Of a DNA stretch of 64,000 bases, positions 53,185 to 63,553 are shown piece by piece. The first letter of the stretch is position 1; each line of letters starts with the position of its first letter. The notes beneath the pieces were generated by a model. The model was not told the DNA's origin and made no database searches. It saw only the letters and a program-made list of their open reading frames with translations. This stretch comes from an uncultured Chloroflexia bacterium (lineage in GTDB: Bacteria; Chloroflexota; Anaerolineae; Anaerolineales; UBA4823): the NCBI GenBank assembly GCA_963828845.1, contig CAWHGE010000009.1, positions 106,660-170,659 on the forward strand, in the 5' to 3' direction. The position numbers and the translations under genes were made by a program.

Positions 53185-54198
53185 CTAAAGTTTTACCGGG
53201 TGGCTGACCAGATCGACTAAAAGGTGTACCGCGTTCTGCACATCCTCAAAATCCACCATCTCTGATGGTGAGTGGATATAACGGCACGGGATGGATAGGC
53301 ACCCGGCCGGGATACCCGCCTGGGTAAGTTGCATGGCGCGCGCATCTGTAGAACCCCTTTCCAGAATCTCCATTTGATAAGGCAGTTTTAAATTCTCTGC
53401 CCCACGCACCATCCAATCCACCACCCGCCGATCTGCCAGCATGCCACTGTCACGCACTTTGATGGCGGGGCCTTTCCCCAGGCTGACTTCCATCCGTATC
53501 TTGGTCCGGCGGGGGGTATCTCCAGTTCCGGTTACATCCACGGCAAGACCCAGGTCTGGGCTAATACCAAAAGCTGCGGTGGTTGCACCGCGTAGGCCCA
53601 CCTCCTCCTGGGTGCTGAAGACAAAGTATAGCTGGTGAGGGGTATCCTTGATCTGACGCAGGGTTTCAATCAGTACAGCTACTCCGATCCGATCGTCCAT
53701 CGATTTTGCCACCAGACGCTCTCCCAGATCGAGGAAAGGACGGTCGAAGACGGCTACGTCTCCAATCCTAACTGGGGCGTCCTGGTTGCTGGATAAACCC
53801 AGGTCAATATAAAGCTGCTCGAAAGTGGGAACTTTGAGCATGTCGTCAGACATATCATCAAATAATTCCATAGAAATGACACCCGAGGCACCATTCAAGA
53901 ATCTCACCCTACCCCCAATACAGGTAAATGTGCGCACCCCTCCCAGTGTGGTAAAGCGGACGAAGCCATTCTCATCCACCTGGGTGACCATGACCCCGAT
54001 TTCATCAATATGCGCTGCCAGCATGATCTTTATACCGTCAGCACTGCCCTTCCCTTTTTGGACGATCAGGTTGCCCAGGGCATCCACATGCAATGCATCG
54101 GCGTATGGTTCGACTTCCTCCCGCACGACGGAACGGATTTGGGTCTCATATCCCGAAGGACCCTGGGTTTCGACCAGTTTTTGGATCAATGGTTTCAT
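53185..54198 (-). CDS. M42 aminopeptidase (third copy)
   Basis: AHIDEIG, SMDDR, TQEEVGLRGA, GSTDA, RYIHSP. Confidence 0.92.
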   Translation of the reverse strand: MKPLIQKLVETQGPSGYETQIRSVVREEVEPYADALHVDALGNLIVQKGKGSADGIKIMLAAHIDEIGVMVTQVDENGFVRFTTLGGVRTFTCIGGRVRFLNGASGVISMELFDDMSDDMLKVPTFEQLYIDLGLSSNQDAPVRIGDVAVFDRPFLDLGERLVAKSMDDRIGVAVLIETLRQIKDTPHQLYFVFSTQEEVGLRGATTAAFGISPDLGLAVDVTGTGDTPRRTKIRMEVSLGKGPAIKVRDSGMLADRRVVDWMVRGAENLKLPYQMEILERGSTDARAMQLTQAGIPAGCLSIPCRYIHSPSEMVDFEDVQNAVHLLVDLVSHPVKL

Positions 54199-54269
54199 GC
54201 GAGCTCCTAAATGTATCCTTACACCATTCTAGATAAATATCAAACTCTGCTGGAAAAGATTTTCTGCCC

Positions 54270-55339
54270 TCATCTCTCGCCTGCCAAAACTTCGGGTGTC
54301 AGGCGCGATAAGGCGGTCCCGACCAGGTTACAGGTATGCTGCCAATCGGTCAGACGCACAATGGATGCTGGGCTGTGGTGATATCGCCCCGGGACAGAGA
54401 CCGAAATGCTCGGTATCCCCTCACGTTGCTTATGGATTGTCCCAGCATCTGTTCCTCCCCCGCCAGGCTGCCGTAATTGATATGGAATCTTGTATTTTTC
54501 GGCTGTCTCAATCATAAAGCGTACCAACCGTGGGTCTGATAAAGTACTCGAATCGCCAATATAGATCGCTGGTCCAGCACCCAGCCGTGTATTATAACGA
54601 ACGTTCTCGTCAGCATCCCAGGCAGGTAGGTCGTAAGCCGGGGTGGAATCCAGGATGATGGCTAAATCTGGGTCAAAGGCAAACGCTGCCACCCGTGCCC
54701 CACGCAAGCCAATCTCCTCCTGCACGGTAAACGCAGCCAGCAGGTCAATGTTTGCTGGCGCATGTTTGATCAACTCAATCAACGTAGCCACCCCCAGACG
54801 ATTATCCAATGCCTTGCCCCGCAAGCTGGGCCCAAGCCGGATAAATGATGTGGCAAATGTAGCCCGGTCACCTACTTTTTCTTTGCCTGTCGCTGGACCT
54901 ACATCAATGTGGAGGTCTTCCAGGTTAATTGGCTTTTTATGGTCATCGCCGTGACCAAGATGCAGAGGCTTGAGTCCCGATTACTCCCGGGATGTGGTCT
55001 TTTCCAATCCATACTGCTTTACCGGCCAGGTCAGTGGCAGCAATGCCCCCCACAATCTCAAAGCGATAGATGCCCTCTCCGTTGGTATGGGTAAGCATCA
55101 AACCGACTTCGTCCATGTGTGCTGCCAGCATCACTCGCATAGGATCCTCCCCGGAACCACGCTTGGTAACCAGCACATTTCCCAGCGCATCAACCTTCAC
55201 CTCGTTTGCATGAGGTGCGGACCTCACTCAATACAATTTTGCGTACCTCACCTTCGTCACCTGAGACCGCACAGGCATTCGAAAGGCGCTCCAGGAGCTT
55301 GATCTGCTCATCCCCGATCTGGGGGGAATTGATATTCAT
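54270..55339 (-). CDS. M42 aminopeptidase (second copy); frameshifted
   Basis: AHMDEVG, KALDNR, VQEEIGLRGA, GGTDA, RYHHSP. Confidence 0.88.
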
Positions 55340-55357
55340 CAGCCATCATCGTCATGG

Positions 55358-56420
55358 TCAATCGTCCCAGGTTAATTTATCCATGAAGTTTTCATCCAAT
55401 TGGGCAATAAATTCTGCCGCTAATCTTCCTACGCGGGTGATATCTTTTAGCATAATCATCTCCACGGGGGTATGCATATAGCGCAGTGGAATGCCTAACA
55501 CGATATTCGGGATTCCCTCTGCAACCACCTGCATAACATCAGAATCTGTAGCTGAATACCACGGGGCAGGCTCCACTAGTAAATGGAATTTCCAGCCGCT
55601 CAGCAAGCTCTTTTAGGGTTTTATATAGGAATGGATGAACAACCGGTCCCCACATCAAAGTAGGCCCTTGCCCCATGGAAAAGTCAAATGACTCAGGACT
55701 TCTAGGTTCGCTGCCAAAAGTCACATCGATGGTCACACACAGACTGGGATGAAGTCTGAAAAGCTGAAGTTAGAGCTCCTGCGGTCGGTAGTTTCTTCCT
55801 GGACAGTAGCCACTGCCCATACATCCCAAACATGTGGCCGTGAATGCAAGCATTTCCAGGCAATGAGTCAAAGCAGCCACCGCTGCTCGATTATCCAGGG
55901 TGTGACCAACCAGGGTCTCTCCGCCAGTCTCGAACGGTGGTTGTGCAAATGAGACGGGATCTCCTACTCGCACCAGGCGGGTAACCTCATCCGGCAGCAA
56001 CCCAACATCCACCAGGAGATATTCTAGGGGCACTACACCACCCTGCAGCACTGGAAGGCAGCAATCGCGGCGGGGTTGGAACGATCATGCCAGGTAGCTC
56101 CTGGCGCCCATGCACGGTCACCATCTGACCAGGCAAGACGCGCACATCAATTCCTCCAATGGAGGTAACCCGCAGGAAGCCATCGATGATCGCATTCACC
56201 ATCAAGCCAATAGCATCCATGTGGGCCGCAACATGATACTGGGCCGTGGCTCAGGTCCTGTACCCTTCTGCAATCCATGTAAGCTGCCTAATCGACTGAT
56301 GCTCAGATTGATCGGTAATCGGTCCCCAGGCATTTTCGATGATGGGCGAACGACTGCTTCGTAGCCGCTAATGCCTGGCGCAGAGATTAATTCTTTTAAT
56401 AAGGGAAGGAGTTCGGTCAT
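55358..56420 (-). CDS. M42 aminopeptidase (first copy); frameshifted
   Basis: PGISGYE, HMDAIG, GGID, TLDNR, VQEE, IDVT, RYMHTPVE. Confidence 0.85.
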
Positions 56421-56462
56421 ATTTATATCTTCATGAAGATGCCTGGCCTCGATCAATGGAGA

Positions 56463-56936
56463 TCAAGGCATTAATTCGGATGGCGCAAGGTTTGGTCTCG
56501 TTGCGTCAGTGGCTGTAGCTGTGGTGGGTTGGGAAGAATGTCGGAAACGGAGTACGCGTAGCAGAAGGAATGGGTGTCTTGGTAAAGATAGGTGGTATGA
56601 AGGGTGTATTGGTGGGGGTTGGCGTGGTGCTAATGGTGGGTGTCTGAGTGATTGTAGGGGTAGTGGTTGTGGTAGCAGTCGTCGTTACGGTTGGCGTCTG
56701 GCTGGGGGTTACAGAGCTGGTGGGTATGGCGGTGTGAAGCTGGTCGTGGGTGTTCGGGTGGCAAATACCACTGGCGTCCAGGAGGGGACAAGGGTGGGCG
56801 TAATGGAAGCTTGTCCAGGTCTCCCCGGAGCCAGGAGTATCGCAACCAACCCGGCACAATAGCAAGGAATGGTAGCGAGAATCACGGCAACCAATACTTT
56901 GCGCAATCGGGAGCGGGCAAACGGATCAGATGTCAT
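56463..56936 (-). CDS. Small membrane-anchored Thr/Pro-rich protein; frameshifted
   Basis: ILATIPCYCAG TM segment followed by a long T/P low-complexity tail. Confidence 0.55.
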
Positions 56937-57042
56937 GATTATGACCTAGTGCGGGTAGATGATAACACCAAGTCTATAAAATGGCAATCAAGGCATGTTT
57001 GGTACGACAATCGCCAGTTCATCCTGCGGTACAATGGTGGAG

Positions 57043-57784
57043 ATGTCTTGGATCTATCTATCACCCCACTTTGATGATGTTGCCTTTTCCTGTGGAGGCC
57101 TGGTGTGGGAACAGGCCCAGGCTGGCGAGATGGTCAGTATTTGGACGGTATGTGCTGGTGAGACCCCCCTGTTGGAGATTTTTCACCTTTTGCCCAGGAG
57201 CTCCATGCGCGCTGGGAGCTGGGTCAAAATGCGCCTGGACAGCGCAGAATGGAAGATCATAATTCCTGCCAACGCCTTGGAGCAAGCTACCGTCATTTCT
57301 CCATCCCCGATTGTATTTATCGTCGCCATCCACAAACCGGTGAGTTCATGTACGCCTCTGAGGCGGCATTGAATGGAGCTCTTCATCCAGGAGATACCCA
57401 GATCATTCACATCTTACAGGAAGAGCTTGAGCCAATCCCTGCAACCCAACGTGCTCCTCGTCTGCCCATTGGGGTTGGGAAATCATGTTGATCACCAGCT
57501 TACCCGCAGGCGCTGGAAGGATTAGGCCACACTTATGGTATTATGCCGATTTCCCATATGTGCTGCGCCGTAAAACCTTATTGGAGCAATGGAACAGGAA
57601 GGATGGATAAGCCAGGTCATTCCCGATCTCCCAGGAGGGATTGACAGCCTGGCAAGATTCAATCAGCGCCCACGCCTCGCAGATCAGCACCTTCTGGGAC
57701 AGTGACATCGCGATGCGGCAGGCAGTTGCAGATTATCTGCATTGGAATGGCGGGATCCGCTTGTGGAGAAAGCCTGCACCTTGA
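57043..57784 (+). CDS. PIG-L/LmbE family deacetylase; multiple frameshifts
   Basis: YLSPHFDDVAFSCGG, RRMED, DCIYR, PLGLGNHVDH, YADFPY, AHASQ. Confidence 0.8.
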
Positions 57785-57969
57785 ATAATCCTTGCGTTTC
57801 CATGCGATATGTGCTAAAATCACGCCACGCGGTAGTCGGGAAAGGTTATTTCCCCTCTTACCGCATACTTTTCATAAGGGGCAGCCCAGGTTAATCGCCA
57901 GCTTCCCAATTTAATGCAAAGAATCGCTCATCAGGAGTGGTTCTTTCATCTTATAGACAGGATAGGAAG

Positions 57970-58432
57970 ATGCCTCCCTCATTCTTGACCAAGCAAGGCT
58001 ACCAGAAACTGCAGGATGAGCTGGAATACTTGCGAACGATAAAACGCCATGAAGTTGCCGAACGTTTGCACGAGGCAATGGAAGGCGGAGAGCTAATTGA
58101 AGACGCCGAATACGAAGCAGCCAAGAACGAGCAGGCTTTCGTCGAAGGGCGCATCCAGGAGCTGGAAATGCTCCTGGCGAATGCGCGCGTGATCGAAGAT
58201 ACTGCCAAAGAAGACCACGTCCAGGTTGGCTCAACTGTTACGATTAAGGAAGGCGACAATCCAGAGGAAATCTACACCATCGTCGGTCCAGCAGAAGCCT
58301 GCACCACGTGATGGTCGCATATCGAATGAGTCACCATTGGGACGGGCGTTGATGGATCATCATCCCGGAGATGTGGTCCGCGTCGACGCACCAGGTGGAT
58401 CCTTCACCGTCAGTCTTTTGAAGGTGGAGTAA
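57970..58432 (+). CDS. greA: Transcription elongation factor GreA; frameshift at about 58300
   Basis: LTKQGYQKLQDELEYL, EDAEYEAAKNEQAFVEGRI, ISNESPLGRAL. Confidence 0.92.
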
Positions 58433-58450
58433 GTATAGGGGCTAACATCC

Positions 58451-58484
58451 AGCCCCGCGCATGGATTCCTTGCGCGGGGCTTTT
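58451..58484 (+). terminator. Intrinsic terminator between greA and lysS
   Basis: AGCCCCGCGCA...TGCGCGGGGCT followed by TTTG. Confidence 0.65.
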
Positions 58485-58535
58485 GCTTAAATAAGTGGCA
58501 GATTGACTGATCGCCAAATATTGTGGAGTGATGGC

Positions 58536-60075
58536 ATGATGAACGAACTTACCAACTTGGAAATGAACCGACTGGAGAAATTGGAACGCCTGCGGGCCAA
58601 AGGGATCGAGCCCTATCCCACCCGGACCATACGCACCCATACCAGCCAGGCTGCCAGCCGCGCGTTTGAAGCTGCCGAAGCCGCTGCAGCAGCTAAGGGT
58701 GAGCAGGTGCCACCCGTCAAAGCTGCTTTGGCAGGTCGGCTGCGCTCGATGCGACCGATGGGTAAGATCACCTTCGCACATATCGAGGACGGCGATGGGC
58801 GTATCCAGCTGTTCTTCCGCGCCAATGATATCGGGCAGGATCAGCTGGATCTTTTCAACCGTGAGTTTGACCTGGGCGATTTCGTCCAGGCCAGTGGTGA
58901 GATGTTCCGCACACGCTCGGGTGAAATCTCCCTGCGGGTGGAAACCTTCCAAATGCTGGCCAAAGCCATTACCCCATTGCCAGCCGCTAAAGACGAGGTG
59001 GTGGATGGCGAGATTGTCCGCCATGCTCATCCTGGCTGACCCTGAGACGCGTTACCGCCAGCGCTATGCCGACCTGGCGGTGCAACCCGGAAATCCGCCA
59101 AATCTTCCAGACCCGGGCAGCCATCGTGACTGCCTTGCGCAGTTTCCTGGATGGACAGGGTTTCCTGGAAGTGGAAACTCCCATCCTGCAGCCAATCTAC
59201 GGCGGGGCAGCCGCCAAGCCTTTTATCACCCATCACAACCAGCTTCACCAGGACCTCTACCTGCGCATCTCGTTTGAGCTGTATCTCAAACGCCTGCTGG
59301 TGGGCGGGATTGAGCGCGTGTATGAGATCGGGCGTGATTTCCGCAATGAGGGCGTCTCCTTCAAACATAATCCCGAGTTCACCCAGCTGGAGTTCTATTG
59401 TGCCTATGCCGATTACCTGAAGGTGATGGAGATGACCGAGCAGATGCTCGCCTATCGTGTGCGATCAGGTGCTGGGCAGCGTAAAGTCACCTATAACGGC
59501 CACGAGCTCAGCTTTGAGATCCCATGGCCACGTTTGGAGCTGCGCCAGGGGATCGATCAACACCTCCGGGATCGATATCGCCTGCCTATCCGACAGCGAA
59601 AAGCCTGGAGGCCGTGATGAAGGCACGCGGAATCGAAACCAAACCCGGTGAAACGCGCGGCAAGCTGATCGACCAGTTATTGTCAGATTTCCTTGAGCCA
59701 ACCCTGATCCAGCCCACCTTTCTGTATGATTATCCACGTGATCTTTCACCCCTTGCCAAGAGCAAACCCGGTGACCCACTGACCGTGGAGCGTTTCGAAG
59801 GTTATGTCGCCGGCTTCGAGCTTTGCAATGCTTTTACCGAGCTCAACGACCCGCTCGACCAGGAGAAGCGCTTCCTGGAAATGGGACGCGATTACACCGC
59901 TGAAGATGAAGAACGCCACCCCATGGACGAGGATTACTTGCGCGCCATGCGCTATGGTATGCCCCCCAGCGGTGGCTTTGGCATGGGCGTCGATCGCCTG
60001 ATCATGCTCCTGACCGACCACCCCAACATCCGCGAGGTCATCCTGTTCCCACATCTACGTACCCGCGAAGAATGA
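58536..60075 (+). CDS. lysS: Lysine--tRNA ligase (class II); frameshifted
   Basis: [59 protein letters not shown]. Confidence 0.95.
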
Positions 60076-60091
60076 ATTTACCAGGTGATAT

Positions 60092-60126
60092 AAACTGGCG
60101 GAACTCAATCCGCCAGTTTTTGTTTT
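60092..60126 (+). terminator. Intrinsic terminator after lysS
   Basis: AAACTGGCGGA-actcaa-TCCGCCAGTTT plus T-tract. Confidence 0.75.
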
Positions 60127-60130
60127 AAGG

Positions 60131-60319
60131 GCCTCTCAGATTGGTTCCTTCCCGTTCCACCTGTGGATGCTGCAGCGCGTCCTGTTGCGTTGGGGCGCTG
60201 AAGCGGCCTCGGAAGAATTTCCCGCCAGAGGCCTGGTGTGGTATGGTAAAGTCGCGCTGGTGGTGCTGTCATTGGTAATCATGCTTGGAGCTATGTTCCT
60301 GGCCATGCAGATCGCCTAA
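60131..60319 (+). pseudogene. Orphan 3' fragment of a membrane protein gene
   Basis: Open frame ...FPFHLWML...WYGKVALVVLSLVIMLGAMFLAMQIA* directly after the terminator, with no convincing RBS. Confidence 0.4.
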
Positions 60320-60601
60320 GGATGATCCAGAGGGAGCTTCCCCAATTTTTATTCATTAATGTTGAGGCTGACATTTAGGTTTCAGGACAAAGCTATCCTC
60401 GATGATCAGGAATCTTTGAACATTGAGAAGCTTCAAAATGTATTCTTTAATAGCGTAGGGAAATTATCAACGCTAGGGAGGCACGCTCAGGGCAAAGAGT
60501 GGTGGAAAAAATATAGCTATATGTTTACCATCCAATTCCCCCTGAGTAACTGCTCGATTGCGATCAGCTGTGAAGAATGTACCTGTTACGGAGGAATTAC
60601 C

Positions 60602-61747
60602 ATGATCCACTATCGGGTGAGTGCATGGCTCGTGATTATTTTAATCCTTAGCGTTGGCTGTGCTAAACCAGAGCCGGCGCTCGTTGTAACTTCTACAACC
60701 ATTCCCCCCATAATGACGGCGACACCATCCCGCACTACCCCTACTCTACCGACCATCACCGCCACCTTATCGCCGACCACCTCCCCGACCCCGATGATAT
60801 CCGCCGTAAACACTGTCTTGCCGACTGCAATCAGCCTCCAAAACCTGGCCGTCATCTCCGCCGAAACGGCTGATCAGGTGAAACGCCTGGGGACCCTCAC
60901 CGGTCACACCGACAGAGTGATGACCCTGGTCTTCTCCCGGGATGGCACTTACCTTGCCTCGTCCGGTCGAGATAATAAGATCAAATTGTGGGATATCTGG
61001 AATGCGAAGGAGGTAATTGCCTTTCCGATAGTCGAGGGCGATCTGAATGCCATTGCTTTTTCACCCATCGAAAACTGGCTGGCATCTCCAGATACAATCT
61101 GGGATGTGGAAAGCAAGCAAGTCATTCAAACCCTCGGGCAGGGCAGGCGTGAGCCTGGTCATGTGGCTTTCTCTCCAGATGGCTCGACCCTGGCGGTTGC
61201 CATTATCGGTAAGCCGACCATCCTTTGGGATATTGCCAGCGGGCAGGTGGTGCGTACATTCGAGCAGCAGACTGACGCCCCCACGTTTGGCATCGAGTTT
61301 TCACCTGACGGCACACTGCTCGCTGCCGGCGAATCCTATGGCACTGTGAGACTTTGGGATGTGGCCACTGGACAGGTCGTTACCACGTTTGAATATAGCA
61401 AAGACGATGACGTTCACGACGTGGCTTTTTCACCTGATGGTCGCTTCTTGGCCTCGGGCGGTACCGACAACACCATTCGTGTTTGGGACCTCGCCAGTGG
61501 GCAGATGGTGCAAACACTCTGGCATGGGAATGGTATGTATGGCGTGACCTTTTCACCGGACGGCAGCTTGGTGGCATCAGCAGTCTGCGACCGTACGGTA
61601 AAGCTGTGGGAGGTTGCCAGTGGGCGACTGTTACGCTCCCTTCCTCATGCGGACGAGATGATTACAGTAGCCTTTTCACCCGACGGTACTCTGTTGGCAT
61701 CTGGTGGCTATGATGACTTGATCTATCTCTGGGGTGTGACCCGTTGA
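60602..61747 (+). CDS. WD40 beta-propeller lipoprotein
   Basis: GGAGG RBS, SVGC lipobox, T/P linker, about 7 repeats of FSPDG..LASGG.D.TI.VWD. Confidence 0.88.
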   Translation: MIHYRVSAWLVIILILSVGCAKPEPALVVTSTTIPPIMTATPSRTTPTLPTITATLSPTTSPTPMISAVNTVLPTAISLQNLAVISAETADQVKRLGTLTGHTDRVMTLVFSRDGTYLASSGRDNKIKLWDIWNAKEVIAFPIVEGDLNAIAFSPIENWLASPDTIWDVESKQVIQTLGQGRREPGHVAFSPDGSTLAVAIIGKPTILWDIASGQVVRTFEQQTDAPTFGIEFSPDGTLLAAGESYGTVRLWDVATGQVVTTFEYSKDDDVHDVAFSPDGRFLASGGTDNTIRVWDLASGQMVQTLWHGNGMYGVTFSPDGSLVASAVCDRTVKLWEVASGRLLRSLPHADEMITVAFSPDGTLLASGGYDDLIYLWGVTR

Positions 61748-61797
61748 CCTGCCAAATACGAAAGCAAAAATGGACTCACTGTTAGATTTAATATGAG

Positions 61798-62079
61798 ATG
61801 TTGATAGATAGAAATATGTCTAAGCGGCAGCGCTTGGCACGCGAACGACTTGAAATTTATCTGCTTCATCTCCTCCTGGCATACCGACCTCTGATATTCA
61901 TTGTCGGGCTGATTTTGCTCTTATATGCCTTCGCAGCTTTGTTTACAAACTCATTGGTAGCCTTTGCCAGTCTCTTGCCTGCCTTTTACCTGCTCCTGCT
62001 GAGTAATTCCTACCCTACCGTCCTCTACACTGCCCGGCTGGGTGCCTGGATTGCCACGCTGTGGAGGCGCGAAGAATGA
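61798..62079 (+). CDS. Small membrane protein
   Basis: 93 aa with two hydrophobic segments; ends in REE* on the same 12 nt as lysS. Confidence 0.55.
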   Translation: MLIDRNMSKRQRLARERLEIYLLHLLLAYRPLIFIVGLILLLYAFAALFTNSLVAFASLLPAFYLLLLSNSYPTVLYTARLGAWIATLWRREE

Positions 62080-62167
62080 CCCCATTTCTCCTCTATAGAC
62101 CCGTTACAGGGATTCGCTGTTGGCGTTTAGGCTAATCTATTAGGCTCCCACCGCCCCAAAATTCTAC

Positions 62168-62208
62168 AGGTCATCCTGTTCCCGCGCCTTCGCACCTACG
62201 AAGCATAA
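62168..62208 (+). repeat. Diverged direct repeat of the lysS 3' end (att-like)
   Basis: AGGTCATCCTGTTCCC is identical to 60035-60050; the copy continues in frame as VILFPRLRTYEA* versus lys[13 protein letters not shown]. Confidence 0.75.
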
Positions 62209-62328
62209 TCTGGGTTAACTAACAATAACATATAAGCTTGTATTCCTTATGAACATAAGCGGTGATAAACTGTGTCCTGGCTAGATATGGATAAGGAAAT
62301 TTGTATATCCTAACGTAGGAGTTGCTTC

Positions 62329-63540
62329 ATGAAGGATCAAACCTATCGGGTATATGGCTATCGCTGGGTGGTGCTGGCAGTATTTATGCTCATCAACCTC
62401 ACTGTGCAGATGTTGTGGATCACCTATGCCCCCATCACCGGCCCGGCAGCCAAATATTATGGGGTCACCGACTCGCGCATTGGTTTGTTAGCCATGACCT
62501 TCATGATCGTGTATATTCCTCTCTCCATCCCCGTTTCCTGGGTGATCGACAGGTATGGTTTCCGTCTGGCGGTCAGCATCGGGGCAGTGTTTATGGGCGT
62601 GTTCGGAGTAGCGCGCGGTCTGGCAGGGTCGAATTATGGTCTCGTGCTGGCAAGCACCATTGGGATCGCCATTGGCCAGCCATTCTTGATGAACTCTTGG
62701 ACGAAAGTCCCCGCTAACTGGTTTTCCATCCATGAGCGCGCCACTGCTGTCGGTATGGTCACCCTGGCCAATCTTCTCGGGACTGCCCTGGGAATGCTAT
62801 TGACGCCCATCCTCACCGAGCAGCTATCCATCCCCATGGTCCAGCTGATCTTTGGCGGGGTGGCAGCCCTTGGCACGGTGTTATTCATTGTCCTTTCCCG
62901 TGAGCACCCACTCACTCCACCTTGTCCACCCGGGATGGAGGTACGCTCTCTGATGCTGGATGGCTTAAAACAAATCCTACGTTCTGTGCCATTCTGGCTG
63001 TTTGTGATCGTGATGTTCTTTGGAATGGGGATTTTTAACGGCATCAGCACCTGGGTGGAGAGCATTATCCGGCCACGCGGGTTTACCCCCACCGATGCAG
63101 GCACCCTGGGAGCCTTGATGGTCATTGGTGGAATCATCGGTGCGGTGGTCATCCCATCTCTGTCTGATAAACAACATAAACGCCAGCGCTATATGCTGCT
63201 CAGCCTTGTATTGGCAATCCCTGGCCTGGTGGGGGTGACCTTCGCCCACTCCTTCTGGTTATTACTGGTATCCGCCTTCTTCCTGGGTTTTTTCCTGACC
63301 AGCGTCCTACCCATTGGTATGCAATACATCGTTGAGGTCACCTACCCCGCCCCCGAGGGTACTTCCACCGGGTTGCTCCAGCTGTTTGGACAGTTATCCG
63401 TGGTCTTCGTTTATATTATGGAAGCGATGCGGAGTGCTAATGGCGCATTTACCCCATCATTAATCCTGGCAATCGGCCTGTTGGTGGTGATGGTGGGTGT
63501 GACTACCCAGATGAAGGACCCACCCCTCCGAAATATGTGA
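62329..63540 (+). CDS. MFS transporter (FLVCR/SLC49-like)
   Basis: YRVYGYRW, WVIDRYGFR, WFSIHERATA, about 12 TMs, EVTYPAPEG. Confidence 0.88.
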   Translation: MKDQTYRVYGYRWVVLAVFMLINLTVQMLWITYAPITGPAAKYYGVTDSRIGLLAMTFMIVYIPLSIPVSWVIDRYGFRLAVSIGAVFMGVFGVARGLAGSNYGLVLASTIGIAIGQPFLMNSWTKVPANWFSIHERATAVGMVTLANLLGTALGMLLTPILTEQLSIPMVQLIFGGVAALGTVLFIVLSREHPLTPPCPPGMEVRSLMLDGLKQILRSVPFWLFVIVMFFGMGIFNGISTWVESIIRPRGFTPTDAGTLGALMVIGGIIGAVVIPSLSDKQHKRQRYMLLSLVLAIPGLVGVTFAHSFWLLLVSAFFLGFFLTSVLPIGMQYIVEVTYPAPEGTSTGLLQLFGQLSVVFVYIMEAMRSANGAFTPSLILAIGLLVVMVGVTTQMKDPPLRNM

Positions 63541-63553
63541 GGGGTTGGGTTTT

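Noticed and set aside
56506-56865. Repetitive GT-rich tract
   Set aside because: Explained by Thr/Pro codons of a low-complexity protein tail on the minus strand.
60880-61740. Recurring TTTTCACCNGAYGG DNA repeats
   Set aside because: They encode the FSPDG motif of WD40 repeats.
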